From the NCBI GenBank assembly GCA_028534125.1, contig CM052817.1:25174001-25238000 (forward strand): 64,000 nt of DNA. Reading direction: 5' to 3'. The notes beneath the pieces were generated by a model. The model was not told the origin of the DNA. It worked only from the letters and a program-made list of their open reading frames with translations, and ran no database searches. Each line of letters opens with the position of its first letter. Within the stretch, counting starts at the first letter, position 1. The stretch comes from Lama glama (taxonomy: Eukaryota). Below, piece by piece: positions 1 to 11,500 of this stretch. The translations under genes and the position numbers were made by a program.

Positions 1-52
1 GGTTCTTGCAGGGGGTACAGTTGTTGAGGAAGCAAGCAGTTTGCAAATGTCC

Positions 53-53
<1 letters not shown>

Positions 54-101
<48 letters not shown>
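54..101. repeat. (AC)n microsatellite
   Basis: Uninterrupted AC run read directly; produces the THTHTH ORF. Confidence 0.98.
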
Positions 102-103
<2 letters not shown>

Positions 104-1227
104 TGAAGGCTTTCCAGCTCTTCTAAACAAAGTGGTCAGTTCTTCTCCAGCTGGTTTTAAAAGTTTCCCTGGAATGAAGGCACCTCAGGATCTAAGCTGA
201 ATTTATTTCCAAAGTCTCCTTCCCATGTTAGTCTGGTACCTACATAAAACTTTCTTGAAGATTGGAAAACAGAGGGTGCAAATGATGACGTAAAAGGAAA
301 CAGAGACAGCCACGGGATGAAGTGTGAGTAAATTTACACCATTGTAGGGGACACAGGACGGGGCGGGGCAGGGCAGTACCGCTGAAATTGCAGGTAAGAA
401 GCCTGTGCTGAATAGTAGAGAGAGGAGCTTGAATGTAAGGGCTTGGAGACTAAATCTGAGGGGCTCCAGAAGATCCTACCCAGGTGGGTTATGGGACTAC
501 ATTTCTAGAAATTCCTTTGGAAAAGAGAGTATTCTTGGGGCTAGTTTAATTCTCTCTGAGGGCAACAGAATGGGTGGCATAACCTTTCTGGGGACACTTT
601 AACTTTTTTTCAATTCTCTGATTTCCCTTTCTGGCAGTATCTGAAAAGTCATGATTTCTGTAGGCCCCCTCCCCTTTATTAGTCCTTTAAAAGTTTCACC
701 TTCTCCACAAAGCCTTTGGAAACAAACTACAAATAGATTTAAAAGTCTGTTTTTTTTTCTGAAGGAAGGTAGGGGAACTGATATTCCCTGCGGGCCTCCA
801 AAGGGCCAGCTCAGTCTCGGCCCCTTGGTTGGTCTTATTTCATTGAATCTTCATGACAGCTGTGTCTATGTACATATTCAGTACATTTCATTTATTTTAC
901 GTATTTTTCACATGAAGAAATTTTAGAAAGATTAAATCATTTACATATGGCTATGCAAATTAACACGAATAATTAACTCTAAAACTCACATAATTGAAAT
1001 TCATACCCTTTTCCTTATCTCATACTGCTTCTAAACTTGCCCTTTCTTTGCATGCACATAAGCAGACAGACAGAAAGACACACAAAACCCAGCCTTAACA
1101 TTGGACAGAATATAAAGATTTTTATTTGTACCTACGTTAGGTATCTGAACTATTTGTAACAACCATTTTTAAGCTTTCTATGATTTGGCTCAAATGTTGA
1201 GATTATATCTATTTATATATATAAATA

Positions 1228-1231
<4 letters not shown>

Positions 1232-1275
<44 letters not shown>
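1232..1275. repeat. (TA)n microsatellite
   Basis: Pure AT alternation followed by a T run. Confidence 0.97.
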
Positions 1276-1285
<10 letters not shown>

Positions 1286-1287
1286 TG

Positions 1288-1410
1288 ACACTGTAAATTC
1301 CTCAAGGGAAGGACCAACATTTTCATTCATTTCTATTCCTCCTCCCAGCAGGCCCCCTGGCTCTAGCACATACAGTGCTTGCGCTCAGTAGATGTTAGTC
1401 CATATTTGAT
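1288..1410 (+). mobile_element. L2 LINE 3' end fragment
   Basis: ctgtaaattcctcaagggaaggacc...ctagcacatacagtgcttgcgctcagtagatg resembles the L2 3' terminus. Confidence 0.55.
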
Positions 1411-1674
1411 AACCAACTGTGGATAAGGGACCTATCCTATTGAATTTGTTTTTTCATTCATCTTCAAAAATCCTGGCAAGGAAGCACATGAAAGAGTGTC
1501 CCATTTATAAAGGAGAACCCACTACAGATGCCTTTCATTAGTCTGGCATCAGAACTGCTTTTTTAGAAATTGTTTCCTAACTGGTGTTCCAATTTAGCAA
1601 TCTGAATATCCTAAAAGGAACTGGCGGTCTTTGTCAACAGCTCAGGATGTGGCTGGACACTGTGACCTGGCCTT

Positions 1675-2130
1675 GTCAGAGTCCATCCAAGGCAGGAAAA
1701 AGGGGGTATATGCAAATAGGGCAACTAAGATGAGTGTTTTAGAGGGACAATTTACCAAGGTGTGGGCAGAGTTAAGGGAAACCAAGCAGGGATGGAGCAG
1801 GAACCAGGATGGATTAGCAACACTGGGGAGCAGGTACCACCCTTGCCTGAAGGGGCAAAAGAAAGACTGGTTATAGAACCTGGAGGAAATCAGTGTGAAC
1901 AGAGGGCCACTGTGACCTTCAGGTAGCAACAGGCAGATCCTTGAAAGGAATGAGCTGGGGAAGTTAATACTTTGACCTCATTCTTTCCCTACCCTTTTCT
2001 CTCTTCCATTTGGACCCAACCCAGAAGGCAAGAGACTCTTGAGGCAATTGAGGCAAGTCGGCCTTTCTAAGCACAGAGCAGCAGAAAGAGGGGCTAGAGC
2101 AGACCTACGGGAGGACACACGGAAATGCCC
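1675..2130 (-). mobile_element. Old ERVL-type solo LTR (LTR33-like)
   Basis: tttaccaaggtgtgggcagagttaagggaaacc...taccacccttgcctgaaggggcaa matches remembered LTR33-family sequence; subfamily uncertain. Confidence 0.55.
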
Positions 2131-2139
2131 AATGGAGCA

Positions 2140-2420
2140 GCATTCCTCAAATAATCTTGTTTGGAAACGATCTCTATTGGATGTTAAGAAGTGTTCTTTA
2201 GGAATAATAGAGAAGGTTGAGAGAGAGGGTAAGATTGGAGAACACTGGGTTAAGTGAAGTTAAACAGATCTCTTTACTTCAAGACTTCTTAGGAGCTCTG
2301 AAACATGCGTCGTAGTTCTTTAATGGACCATACTTAATTGGTCCATTAGTCTGATGGGCCACGCTATTTCTCAAACTTACTCGGCCATGATCATCATCCC
2401 TTATTTTAAGAAGCATCTCA
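2140..2420. mobile_element. Non-autonomous hAT-Charlie-type DNA transposon fragment
   Basis: aacactgggttaagtgaagttaaacagatctctttact...tttctcaaacttactcggccatg resembles a common ancient Charlie-derived MITE. Confidence 0.5.
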
Positions 2421-4571
2421 CAGCTCTTGCATCATCAAAGACTTGCTTTAGTTTAAAATCTATTTATTAAAAAGCAAAAGCAAACAAAAAGACTGAAAGG
2501 GTAATAAATCACAAAATCTTGGAAGTTGATGTTGCTAAGTTATAGGCAACGATACAATTTTAGCAGTCAATGAAAATTGACCCCAAACCAAACATTTCAC
2601 CTGGTATTTTGCTAGTCTGCATTCGGCTTTGATGTGCAGGAGTGAGAGGCCTCATGTAAAGAAGGCCGGGCCAAGTCCCATGACCTCAGCCCCCATGTGG
2701 ACCTAGCTGGTGACTTGTCATTATCTTCTTTTTTCCTGAAACAATGGAAAATGCCAGTGGTCTCTCAAGACCACCCACGGTTGCCCCATCACCCTCTGTA
2801 TGTGGGTGGCCTGTCCGTACTTGGCAACAGGACAGCCTGATTCTCAAGCCAGCCTGGGCTGAGCTGGCCATCCAGTCGCCTCATTTCGGTTTTCCTTATT
2901 ACTCAGCCCTCTGAGATATACTGTGGGAAAATCAACCAACCGACCAACTGCTTGTCTCGATTGATCACCAACGGCATAAACAGTAGTTTCCTTAGTAATG
3001 TTACTAACAACCCTTTCTTCGTCTATAGTCTTTCACCACTCTCGAAGATTCCCCCTGTTTTCTTCTATAAGCATCACGACTGTGCTGGACATGTTTGCAG
3101 CTCTTTACCAGTAGGGAAACCAAGTCTCAAGGAGGTGGAGTGATTTACTCCAGGTCACTTGGCAATGTTGGGACTGGAAACTGGGGCCTTGGGTCCTTAA
3201 ATTGATGCCTTCCCCTCCTTGTCTCTGTAATGTGAGAAGGAGAATTGCTATTTAAAACAGCCTACATTGGGAGAATGCCTACATTCGGAGAATCCAGCTC
3301 CATAGCACCCCCTTTCTCTCACAGAGACTAGAGGGAGTTAGAAAAGAAAGGTCACATTTCAGAACTTATTTCTACTCTTTGTCTCTAGGACCTGGAGTGA
3401 ATTGTCCAGAGCTTGGCAGGGCACAGAAATGAGTCTCCAGTTTTGCAGTGGAGTTGTCAGGGTAGGGTCAGGGTGCAGAGATCAATTCATCTGCATTAAA
3501 AAGTGAGGACAACTGAGTTTGAGGGTGAGAAGAAACCAAAGGGTGGTAGTGGATGAACAGAGGATGAGGAATTCTAAAGCAAGATTAAGGGGACAAAGAC
3601 ACACAGCAGACGATTTACTGGTAATGAGACAGGAGGATTTATCAGAATGGAAAGTCCATGGTTTAACTTGAAGATGTTTAGCGTTTGGTGCCATAATTCT
3701 TTTTTGAACCTCAAGCATGAGCCTTGTGTGGAGGTGCCTTTGGAGAAGTCAGGGGAGAGAAGCTGTGTGTCCTTGCACGGGCAGCCCACGGACAATGGCA
3801 AGGGAACTCATTCCTCGGACTAATCCATGGAAAAGGAGCTCATAGATGGAAGGACTTGCTTTAGTTTAAAATCTATGGATTTTAATGATGGGGGAAAAGA
3901 GAAGCTGCAGAGAACCTTTTCCTAAGCCCAGGAATTCCCAGAGGATTTGGAGGCATGAGTGCTACTGCTACACGTGGGACGGAGTTGAACAATTTAATTG
4001 GCTCCCCAGACAGCCAAATACTTGGACATTTGGGTTATTGCTACATCTGTCCCAGTTGACCCATCACCTTGGTGTGATTGTCCCAGAGGAACTTCTGCCT
4101 CCCAGGTGCCTACCTCCCAAGCCTCTAGCTCTCAAGGCCTCCCTTTATACTCCTGTCAGTCACTGAGTAACTGCAAGAAACCCCCAGTTCCTGCTTCACT
4201 CTCCTGACTCCAAAAGCTCTTTATGTTACCATACTTGCAGTTACAGGAAGCTGTTTTTTGTTATTTATTTATTTGTTTGTTTGTTTATTACTGCTCAGCC
4301 TCAGCTGCCCCAGGCAGGGCTCCCAAACACTGACGGACCAGCAGCCGCATCCCTGCTGCTTCCCGGGAAGCACTGGCTCTGCACCCTGGATGTGGCCCCA
4401 GGGTTCCACCTTGCTCTGGGGATGCTCCCTGGCTACTTACCTGTCCTCTGCCCTGTTACAGTGCCTACCTTTCCCACTCTTCATTTCTTCCATTTGGTTA
4501 AGACCTTGTCAGCATCACACGGGATCACAGAGTACCCAGCAACACATGAGCACAGAGTGGGTGGTGAGATG

Positions 4572-4990
4572 ATCAGGGAAAACAGGCCCCCAAGATGTCC
4601 GTGTCCTAATCCCTGGATCCTATGACGACGTTACTTTATGTAGTAAAAGGGACTTTGCAGATGTGATTAAGTTAAGGATCTTGAGATGGGGAGAGTAGCG
4701 TGGTTGATCCAAGCTGGGTTCAGTGTAATCACAAGGGTCCTTATGAGAGGGATGCAGGAGAACCAGAGTCAGACAAGATGTGATGATGGAAGCAGAGGCG
4801 GCGAAGGACAGGTGACAACATTACACTAATGGCTCTGAAGATGGAGGGAGAGGCCCTGAGCCAAGGAATATGGGCAGTCACTAGAAGCTGGAAAAGGCAA
4901 GGAAACAAACATTCCCCTAGAGCTTTCGGGAGGAACACGGGTCTGCCGATAACCTTGATTTTAGCCCAGTGAAACTTATTTTGGACTTCA
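4572..4990 (+). mobile_element. MaLR LTR, MLT1D-like (3' part missing)
   Basis: cccaagatgtccgtgtcctaatccctgg...gggactttgcagatgtgattaagttaaggatcttgagatgggg...ccttgattttagcccagtgaaac. Confidence 0.88.
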
Positions 4991-5189
4991 GTTTAAAAAA
5001 TTGCATTGTATGGATATATCAACGTTTATTTTACCAATCCCCTGTTAATGGTTATTCAAATTTTTACAAAAATTGTTTCACTATTATAATTAGCACTAAG
5101 ATAAGCTTTTCGATATATACATATTTTGTTGGTATCTCTGACTGCATTACTAGGATGGATTCCTATTAGAAATTATTAAATGACATGAG

Positions 5190-5955
5190 TATGTCATATA
5201 GCTATTGTAAAATAAACTAGCTCAAAACTTTGTGACTTAAAACAGCCACAAATGTGTTTCGCTCACAATTCCGGTCAGCAATTTGGCTTGGCTTTATCTA
5301 GGTGGTTCTTATCTTTTTAAATATTTTATTTATTTTTTTATTGAAGTATAGTTGGTTTATTTATTTATTTATTGAAGTTTAGTCAGTTACAATGTGTCAG
5401 TTTCTGGTGCACAGCATAATGTTTCAGTCATACATACACATACATATAATTGTTTTCATATTCTTTTTCATTATAGGTTACTATAAGATACTGAATATAG
5501 TTCCCTGTGCTATAAAGAAGAAATTTGTTCTTTTATCTGTTTTATATATAGTTGTTATTATTTGCAAATCTTGAACTCCCAGTTTATCATCTTGACTGGT
5601 CTGAATCATGCATCTGTAATTATCTGTCAGATGGGCTGGGGGCCAGCTCGTCTATGATGGCATCAGCTCTGATAGCTTATCTTTGCTTCATGTGGTCTCA
5701 TTCTCTAGGAGGCTGGCCCCAGCTTGCCACATGACGGATGCACAGGACAAGCAGAGTGTACAAGGCTTGAAATCAGCACACCATTACTTCTGGTACATTC
5801 TATTGGCCAAAGTAAATCACAAGGCCAGCCCAGATTCAAGGAGTGGGGAAATAAACTCCACCCTTGGATGGCAACAGCTGAAAAGTCACATTGCAAAAGA
5901 CATGGATACAGGAAGGGGCAGAGAACTGGGGCCATTTTTACAAGCAATCTACAAC
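5190..5955 (-). mobile_element. Old MaLR LTR (MLT1 family) split by an L1 insertion
   Basis: ctcaaaactttgtgacttaaaacag at left; cattctattggccaaagtaaatcacaaggccagcccagattcaagg at right; interrupted at ~5311-5588. Confidence 0.7.
5311..5588 (-). mobile_element. 5'-truncated L1 3' UTR end (artiodactyl/camelid type)
   Basis: T-rich tail, then ttgaagtttagtcagttacaatgtgtcagtttctggtgcacagc...atagttccctgtgctata; reverse-complement similarity to the L1 end at 13990-14190. Confidence 0.85.
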
Positions 5956-6419
5956 TTTGGGTCAAAGGATATGGACCTTTAAAAGCTCCTAGTGCATACT
6001 GGAGGGCCTCGTCCTTTATTTTTATTTTGTTCCACGTGACTGCACTTCATTCAGTGTAAACAGGCTGTCCTCCGTTTCTGTATGGGCAGAAATCCCTAGG
6101 AGTAATCATGAGTAAAGTTACAGGTAACGTGTGTTTGAGGTCTCACTGACCGCAGTGCCTGTGAGATGAGACTACTCAGTCCCTATCTCAATGAATTCAA
6201 CCTGGTTACCTGACGTGGGTCTGAGAATTCTATTTTGCTTCAAGGCCACCCCAACAGACTAGATTTCCTGGAGGGTGATATCAGTACTTGGATTTGACTT
6301 AGCACCCCACAATTACTCTGAGGCTACTCCAAAATTTATACCCCCTCCAACTTCCCGAGAAACTTCTGGATTCTCAAGGGCTGCTCCAGATCAGGGTGGA
6401 GATACTCCCCAGCTGGTAC

Positions 6420-6600
6420 AGTGGAGGGAGCAGTGCCCTGGAAGACAGGAGAGATGGGTTCTAGCCCTGTGTCTACTGCTCACTAGCTTTGGGTAATTGG
6501 ACGATCAACATCTCTCTGAGCCTCAGTTTTATCATCTGTAAAATGGGGAGAATAAACAGAGTCATGGTGAGGATTCAATGTGATATGTTTTAATCTAACA
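6420..6600 (+). mobile_element. MIR SINE
   Basis: Core ctctgagcctcagttttatcatctgtaaaatgggga. Confidence 0.85.
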
Positions 6601-7562
6601 TGGTAAATGTAACCTCTTTCCTTTACTCCCAGCTTTACTATTTGAGAACTGGACAGCTCCTAGCAGGTGGGGGGATGGTAGGGAGAATCCTCCGTCAGCC
6701 CACAAATGCCTCAGACCTCTCAAGGCACAGCTGCCAGGGCATCCCATTGTCTAAGCATCTGTTTTGGGCAGTGAATAGTTTACAGATTTAAGTAGTTACT
6801 TTAAGGAGGTTCAGCAATGACACAGTTCAGGTCAGAGTTCCAGAGAACATGGGGCCAGGCCAGTGCCAAAACTGGGTGGCTGTGCTACCTCCTTGATTAA
6901 GATGAACTTGGTCTGCCTGTGTCTGCAGGGCCCTGTGGGTGAGGCTGCTGCATGTTCACAAGCCCCGCCCTCGCCGCTGACGCAGGTGTCCACCAGCTCA
7001 AGGAGAGTAGACCTGTTTGGTTAAACATCTGACTCATCACTCACTCACAGCCTGACAGCCTTCTGAGCTTGTTTCAGACTTGACTTAAAAAAGAAAAGGT
7101 GAAGGGTGGAGTAGAAATAGGATCCTTTTATTAGAGAACGTTTTCCTGAGGGGTTATTTTCTCGAATGTTAATCCAGATCCAAGTTGTTGTTCTAAAAGT
7201 GCAGTAGAGGTAAAATTTCGGTTTGGGTTTGGCTATTAACCCATTACTGACTTGCTCCGTGATGGCCGCCTGGGGCTCATCTAAGGGCTGAGATGCTGAA
7301 GAGGGCTGCCTGTTGGGACCCTGATATTTCTCTGCAGACTGAAGGCCCACTTTTATCATTTGCCTTTTAAGACCAGGAATTCTTGCTTATAGGTAGAAAA
7401 AAGCTGCTGGATACCATACAACATCCGTATGTCTGGCCATGGTCTGGTAATGGGTTTTTTCTGGAAGTGAGTTTGACCCAACATTGATAGGCATTTGCAT
7501 GGGGTACATGGTGGCTACACGGAGTGCCAATAAAAGCAAAAAATGCAGGCCCCAACAGTGGG

Positions 7563-7619
7563 CAAAAGTTGGCAAATTATGGCCCACAGGCCATATCCAG
7601 CTTGTTGCCTGGTTTTGTA
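7563..7619 (+). mobile_element. MER58A (hAT-Charlie) left part
   Basis: ttggcaaattatggcccacaggccatatccagcttgttgcctggttttgta matches the MER58A 5' end. Confidence 0.8.
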
Positions 7620-8819
7620 TATTTTGGTTTTTTTTACTTAATAAGCTTTCTTTTTATAGTAGTTTTAGGTTCACAGCAAAATTGAGCAGAAGGTACAGAG
7701 ATATCCCATATACCCTGTCCCCACACAGGCACAACATCCCCTACCACCTACATTCTGAACCAGAATCAATGAACCCATATTGACACCCAATTATTACCCA
7801 AAGTCCATAGTTTACAACAGGGTTCGCTCTTCGTGGTGTTGATTACATGGCTTTTGACAAATGAATAATGATATTATCCACCATCGTAGTCTCATACAGA
7901 ATAATTTCACTGCCCTAAAAATCCTCTGAGCTCTGCCAGTTCATACCTCCCTTCCTTCACCCCTTGGCAACCACTAATTTTCACTGTCTCCATAACTTAG
8001 CCTTTTCCAGAGTGTCATATAGTTGGCATCATACAGTATGTAGGGTTTTCAGATTAACTTTTTGCACTTAGTAATGTGCATTCAGGTTTCCTCCATGCCT
8101 TTTCATGGCTCGAGAGCTCATCTCTTTTTAGTGCTGAATAATATTCCCTTGTCTGGATGTATCACAGTTTATCCATTCACCTAATGAAAGACATCATGAT
8201 TGCTTCCAAGCTTTGTCAGTTATGAATAAAATTGCTATAAATACTTACATGCAGGTTTTTGTGTCCACATAAGTTTTCAATTCATTTGGGTAACTACCTA
8301 AGAGTGTGATTGCTGGATTGTATGGTAAGAATATGCTGAATGTTGTAAGAAAACCACCAAACTGTCTTCCAGACTAGCTGTACTATCTTGTATTCCCACC
8401 AGCAGTAAATGAGAGTTCCTGTTTCTTCACATCCTCGCCTGCATTTGGTTTTATCAGTGTTTTGGATTTTGGACATTCTAATAGCTGTATAGTGGTATCT
8501 CATTATTTTGATTTGCAATTCTCTAATGACATATGGTGTGGAACACCTTTTCAGATGCTTGTCATCTGTGTAACATCTTTGGTGACCTGTCCCTTTAGAC
8601 CTTTTGCCCATTTTAAAATCAGGTTGTTTTCTTATTGTTTTAAGAGTTCTTTGGTTATTTTGGATAACAGTCCTTTATCAGATGTCTTTTGCAAATACTT
8701 CCTCCCAGTCTGCGCCCTGTTTATTCTCTTGATGGTGTCTTTCATGAGCAGAAGTTTCTAGTTTAATGAAGTCCAGCTTATCAACAATTTCTTCCCTGGA
8801 TCCTGCTTGTGGTGTTGCT
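7620..8819 (-). mobile_element. L1 (L1MA/L1MB-type) 3' fragment, ~1.2 kb, degraded ORF2 C-terminus plus 3' UTR
   Basis: ttttaggttcacagcaaaattgagcagaaggtacagaga 3' UTR; minus-strand peptide HLKRCSTPYVIRELQIKIMRYH...GTLIYCWWEYKIVQLVWKTVW is typical L1 ORF2. Confidence 0.93.
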
Positions 8820-8985
8820 GCCTATTTTTGTAAATAAAGTTTTATTGGAGCCAAGATACACTCATTCGTTTATGTATTATCTATGGTTACTTTTGTGCTA
8901 AAACAGCGGAGTTGGGTGGTTGTGACACAGACTATGTGCCTGGCAAAGCCTAAAATATTTACTACCTGGCCCTTTATAGTCGCTA
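8820..8985 (+). mobile_element. MER58A right part
   Basis: tttttgtaaataaagttttattgga...gcaaagcctaaaatatttactacctggccctttatag continues the MER58A consensus. Confidence 0.88.
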
Positions 8986-9334
8986 GCCGCTGGGTTAGAT
9001 ACATCCTTCCAGAAACAAAACCCCATTCCCCACTGTCTAGCTCCGTGGGATACCACCTCTCTCTGAGTGGGGCTCCCTTGAGGCAGCGTGCGCCTTGAGT
9101 GCAGCCGCAGAGTTGATGGCACCTGAGCGCCTGGCTGCCACTGCGCACGGAGGGTGCTGGCACTCCCACGGCCCCAGGAGGAGGGGGAAGCCTTGCCGGT
9201 GGGGCGCGCACCGGCCTTCTCAGGTTTCACAGGACAGCTCCGCTCTGCTGTCCGCCCTCCTAGGATTCAGTCCTCCAGGTATTGCAGTAAGTAAAGAAGA
9301 AACAAAGCAACTAATTTGGTGGGCTTTTTCAATC

Positions 9335-9740
9335 TCCTAGGGCTCTGTGACAAAATAATACAACCCGAGTGGCTTAAAAAACAAATTTATTGTCTCATAG
9401 TCCAGGTGGCCAGAAGTCCGAAATCAGGGTGTCGGCAGGGCCACGCTCCCTCTAAAGGCACTCAAGGATCTGCTCCAGGCCTTCTCCACACTTCTGGGAG
9501 TTCCTAGGCTTGTAGATGGGGTTCTCCCTGTATCTTCGCATCATCTTTTCTCGGTATGTGACCCTGTGTCCAAATTTCCCCTTTTTATGTGGACACAGTT
9601 ATCTGTGTCCACCCCAATGACCTCACCTTCATTAATGACATTTGTAATAATCCTATTTCCAAAGAAAGTCACATTCTGAGGTCCTAGGAGTTAGGACTTC
9701 AACATATGCATTTTGGGGGGATATGATTCAACCCATGACA
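9335..9740 (-). mobile_element. MaLR LTR, MLT1A/B-like
   Basis: gagtggcttaaaaaacaaatttattgtctcatagt...gtcacattctgaggtcctaggagttaggacttcaacatatg...caacccatgaca. Confidence 0.88.
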
Positions 9741-9969
9741 GGGGCCCTGTCTGTTCACTGCAGGCCTATGCCATACCATAACACGAAAGTCTGTTGACTA
9801 CAATGAACAGAAAACTGATGACGTATAGCTCAATAATTTATTAAACAGCTCAATTCAAACCAAGAATCCTTTGCAAATGAGAAAACTGCTTAAGTAATAC
9901 CTCAAATGGTGGAGCAGGTTTCAAACCCCGGTTAGCCTGATTTTGAAGCCCACCCCCTTTCCACTAGGC

Positions 9970-10126
9970 CAGTAGCTCGCAACGATTATCCTGGAATTAG
10001 CAGCATCACTGGTACCTGGTAACTTGTTTGAAATGCAAGCTGCAGGCCCCACCCCGGACCCACTGAATCAGAAACTCTGCTACTGAGGGACTGTGATAAC
10101 TGCCAAAGTTCTAGAATCTCTGCCCT
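9970..10126 (+). mobile_element. MER5A (hAT-Charlie MITE)
   Basis: agcagcatcac...aacttgtttgaaatgcaa...ggccccaccccggacccactgaatcagaaactctg. Confidence 0.8.
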
Positions 10127-10214
10127 GGGTGGAGCCGGAAAGCAGGCAGGTTGACACTTGTTAAGTACTTACATGCCAGGCACATGGCTGACTGCCTCCA
10201 TTTAAACTGTTTTA

Positions 10215-10730
10215 TGTGATTGCGGTAAGCAGAATAAAGCCCCCCAAAGACGTCCGTGTCCTAACCCCCAGAAACTGTGCCTGTGTCACCTTATGTGGTG
10301 AAAAGGACTTTCCAGATGTGATTAAGGATCTTGAGACGGACAGATTATCTTGGGTTATCCATGTGGGCTCAATGTAATCACAAGGTTTCTTATAAGAGGG
10401 AGGCGGGCGGGTCAGAGTAGGAGATGTGACAACGGAAGCTGAGGCGGTGAAGGAGCTATGCAACCGTACGCTACTGGAGGTAGTAGTGTAGTTTGAAGAT
10501 GGAGGAGGGGGCCACATGCCAAATAATGCAGGTAGCCCATAGGAGCTGAAAGGCAAGGAAACAAGTTCTCCCCTAGAGCCTCCAGAAGGAGCACAGTCCT
10601 GCTGAGCTTCAATTTTACCCCCTGAGATGCGTTCCGGACTTACGACCCCAGAACCATAAGATAATAAACATGTGTTGTTTTAGACATCTGTTTATGGTAG
10701 TTTGTGACACCAGCAACAGGAGACTGAAAG
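10215..10730 (+). mobile_element. MaLR LTR, MLT1D-like, near full length, inserted into a MIR
   Basis: gcagaataaagcccccaaagacgtccgtgtcctaacc...cagaaccataagataataaacatgtgttgtttt...gtagtttgtgacaccagcaacaggagact; MIR pieces on both sides. Confidence 0.9.
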
Positions 10731-10734
10731 AATG

Positions 10735-10875
10735 CTCTCTCTAATAATCCTACTCGCTCAGGACTGCATCTCTTTTGATGAGAGGAAACTTAAGGTCAGA
10801 GAGGTTAAGCAACTCTGAGGTTACACAGCTAACTGATGGCTTAAACCCAAGTCTGTGTCTCCAAGCCAACCAGAG
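10735..10875 (-). mobile_element. MIR SINE fragment
   Basis: gaggaaacttaaggtcagagaggttaagcaactctgaggttacacagcta. Confidence 0.75.
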
Positions 10876-10879
10876 CCTT

Positions 10880-11020
10880 GATACTCACAGGGTGGTCTGT
10901 GGACCACAGCAGCAGCATTACCTGGAACTTGACAGAGAAGTGGCATCTAAATTTCCATCCTAGACCTACTGAAGCAGAATCTGCACTAACTCGTGGGCAC
11001 AGAAAAGTCTGGGAAGACTA
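10880..11020 (+). mobile_element. MER5A fragment
   Basis: gtggtctgtggaccacagcagcagcattacctggaactt...tagacctactgaagcagaatctgca. Confidence 0.7.
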
Positions 11021-11350
11021 TACCACAGCACACTTCATCTTACGGTGTTTCCTGCTTCAGAAATTTCGCCCTTTTGAAAAACATATGCTTGTTCAAAGTG
11101 ACTGAAGCACTGCCAGGAGTCAGGATCTTTGCTGGGAAAATCCTCTTCAGGAGATTGGTTAATACATTTTGATCTATGCAAACATCCAACTCAAGCTGCA
11201 AACGCTGATGGCTAGGGTGGACTTGCTGAATAAAGGTAAATCTGCTGAATCAGCAAGCTAGTTCAAAAATCCCCCACCGCTGAGGCCGGCGTGGTCTTCT
11301 CCAGCAGGTAAGCCCATAGAAGGTAGAGACTGAATAATGTGCAGTACAGA

Positions 11351-11500
11351 CCGGTGATTCTCAGGTGGTGAGTGCGCACGCGTCATCTGAGAAGCGTGTT
11401 GAAATGCAGGTTCTGTGTCAGCAGGCCCAGAGTTCTGCATTTCTAATGAGCTCCCAGCAGGAGATGCTGTCGGTTGGCAGGGACACTTAGGCAGCCAGCT
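11351..11500 (-). mobile_element. MER5-family fragment
   Basis: ggcccagagttctgcatttctaatgagctcccagcaggagatgctg. Confidence 0.65.
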
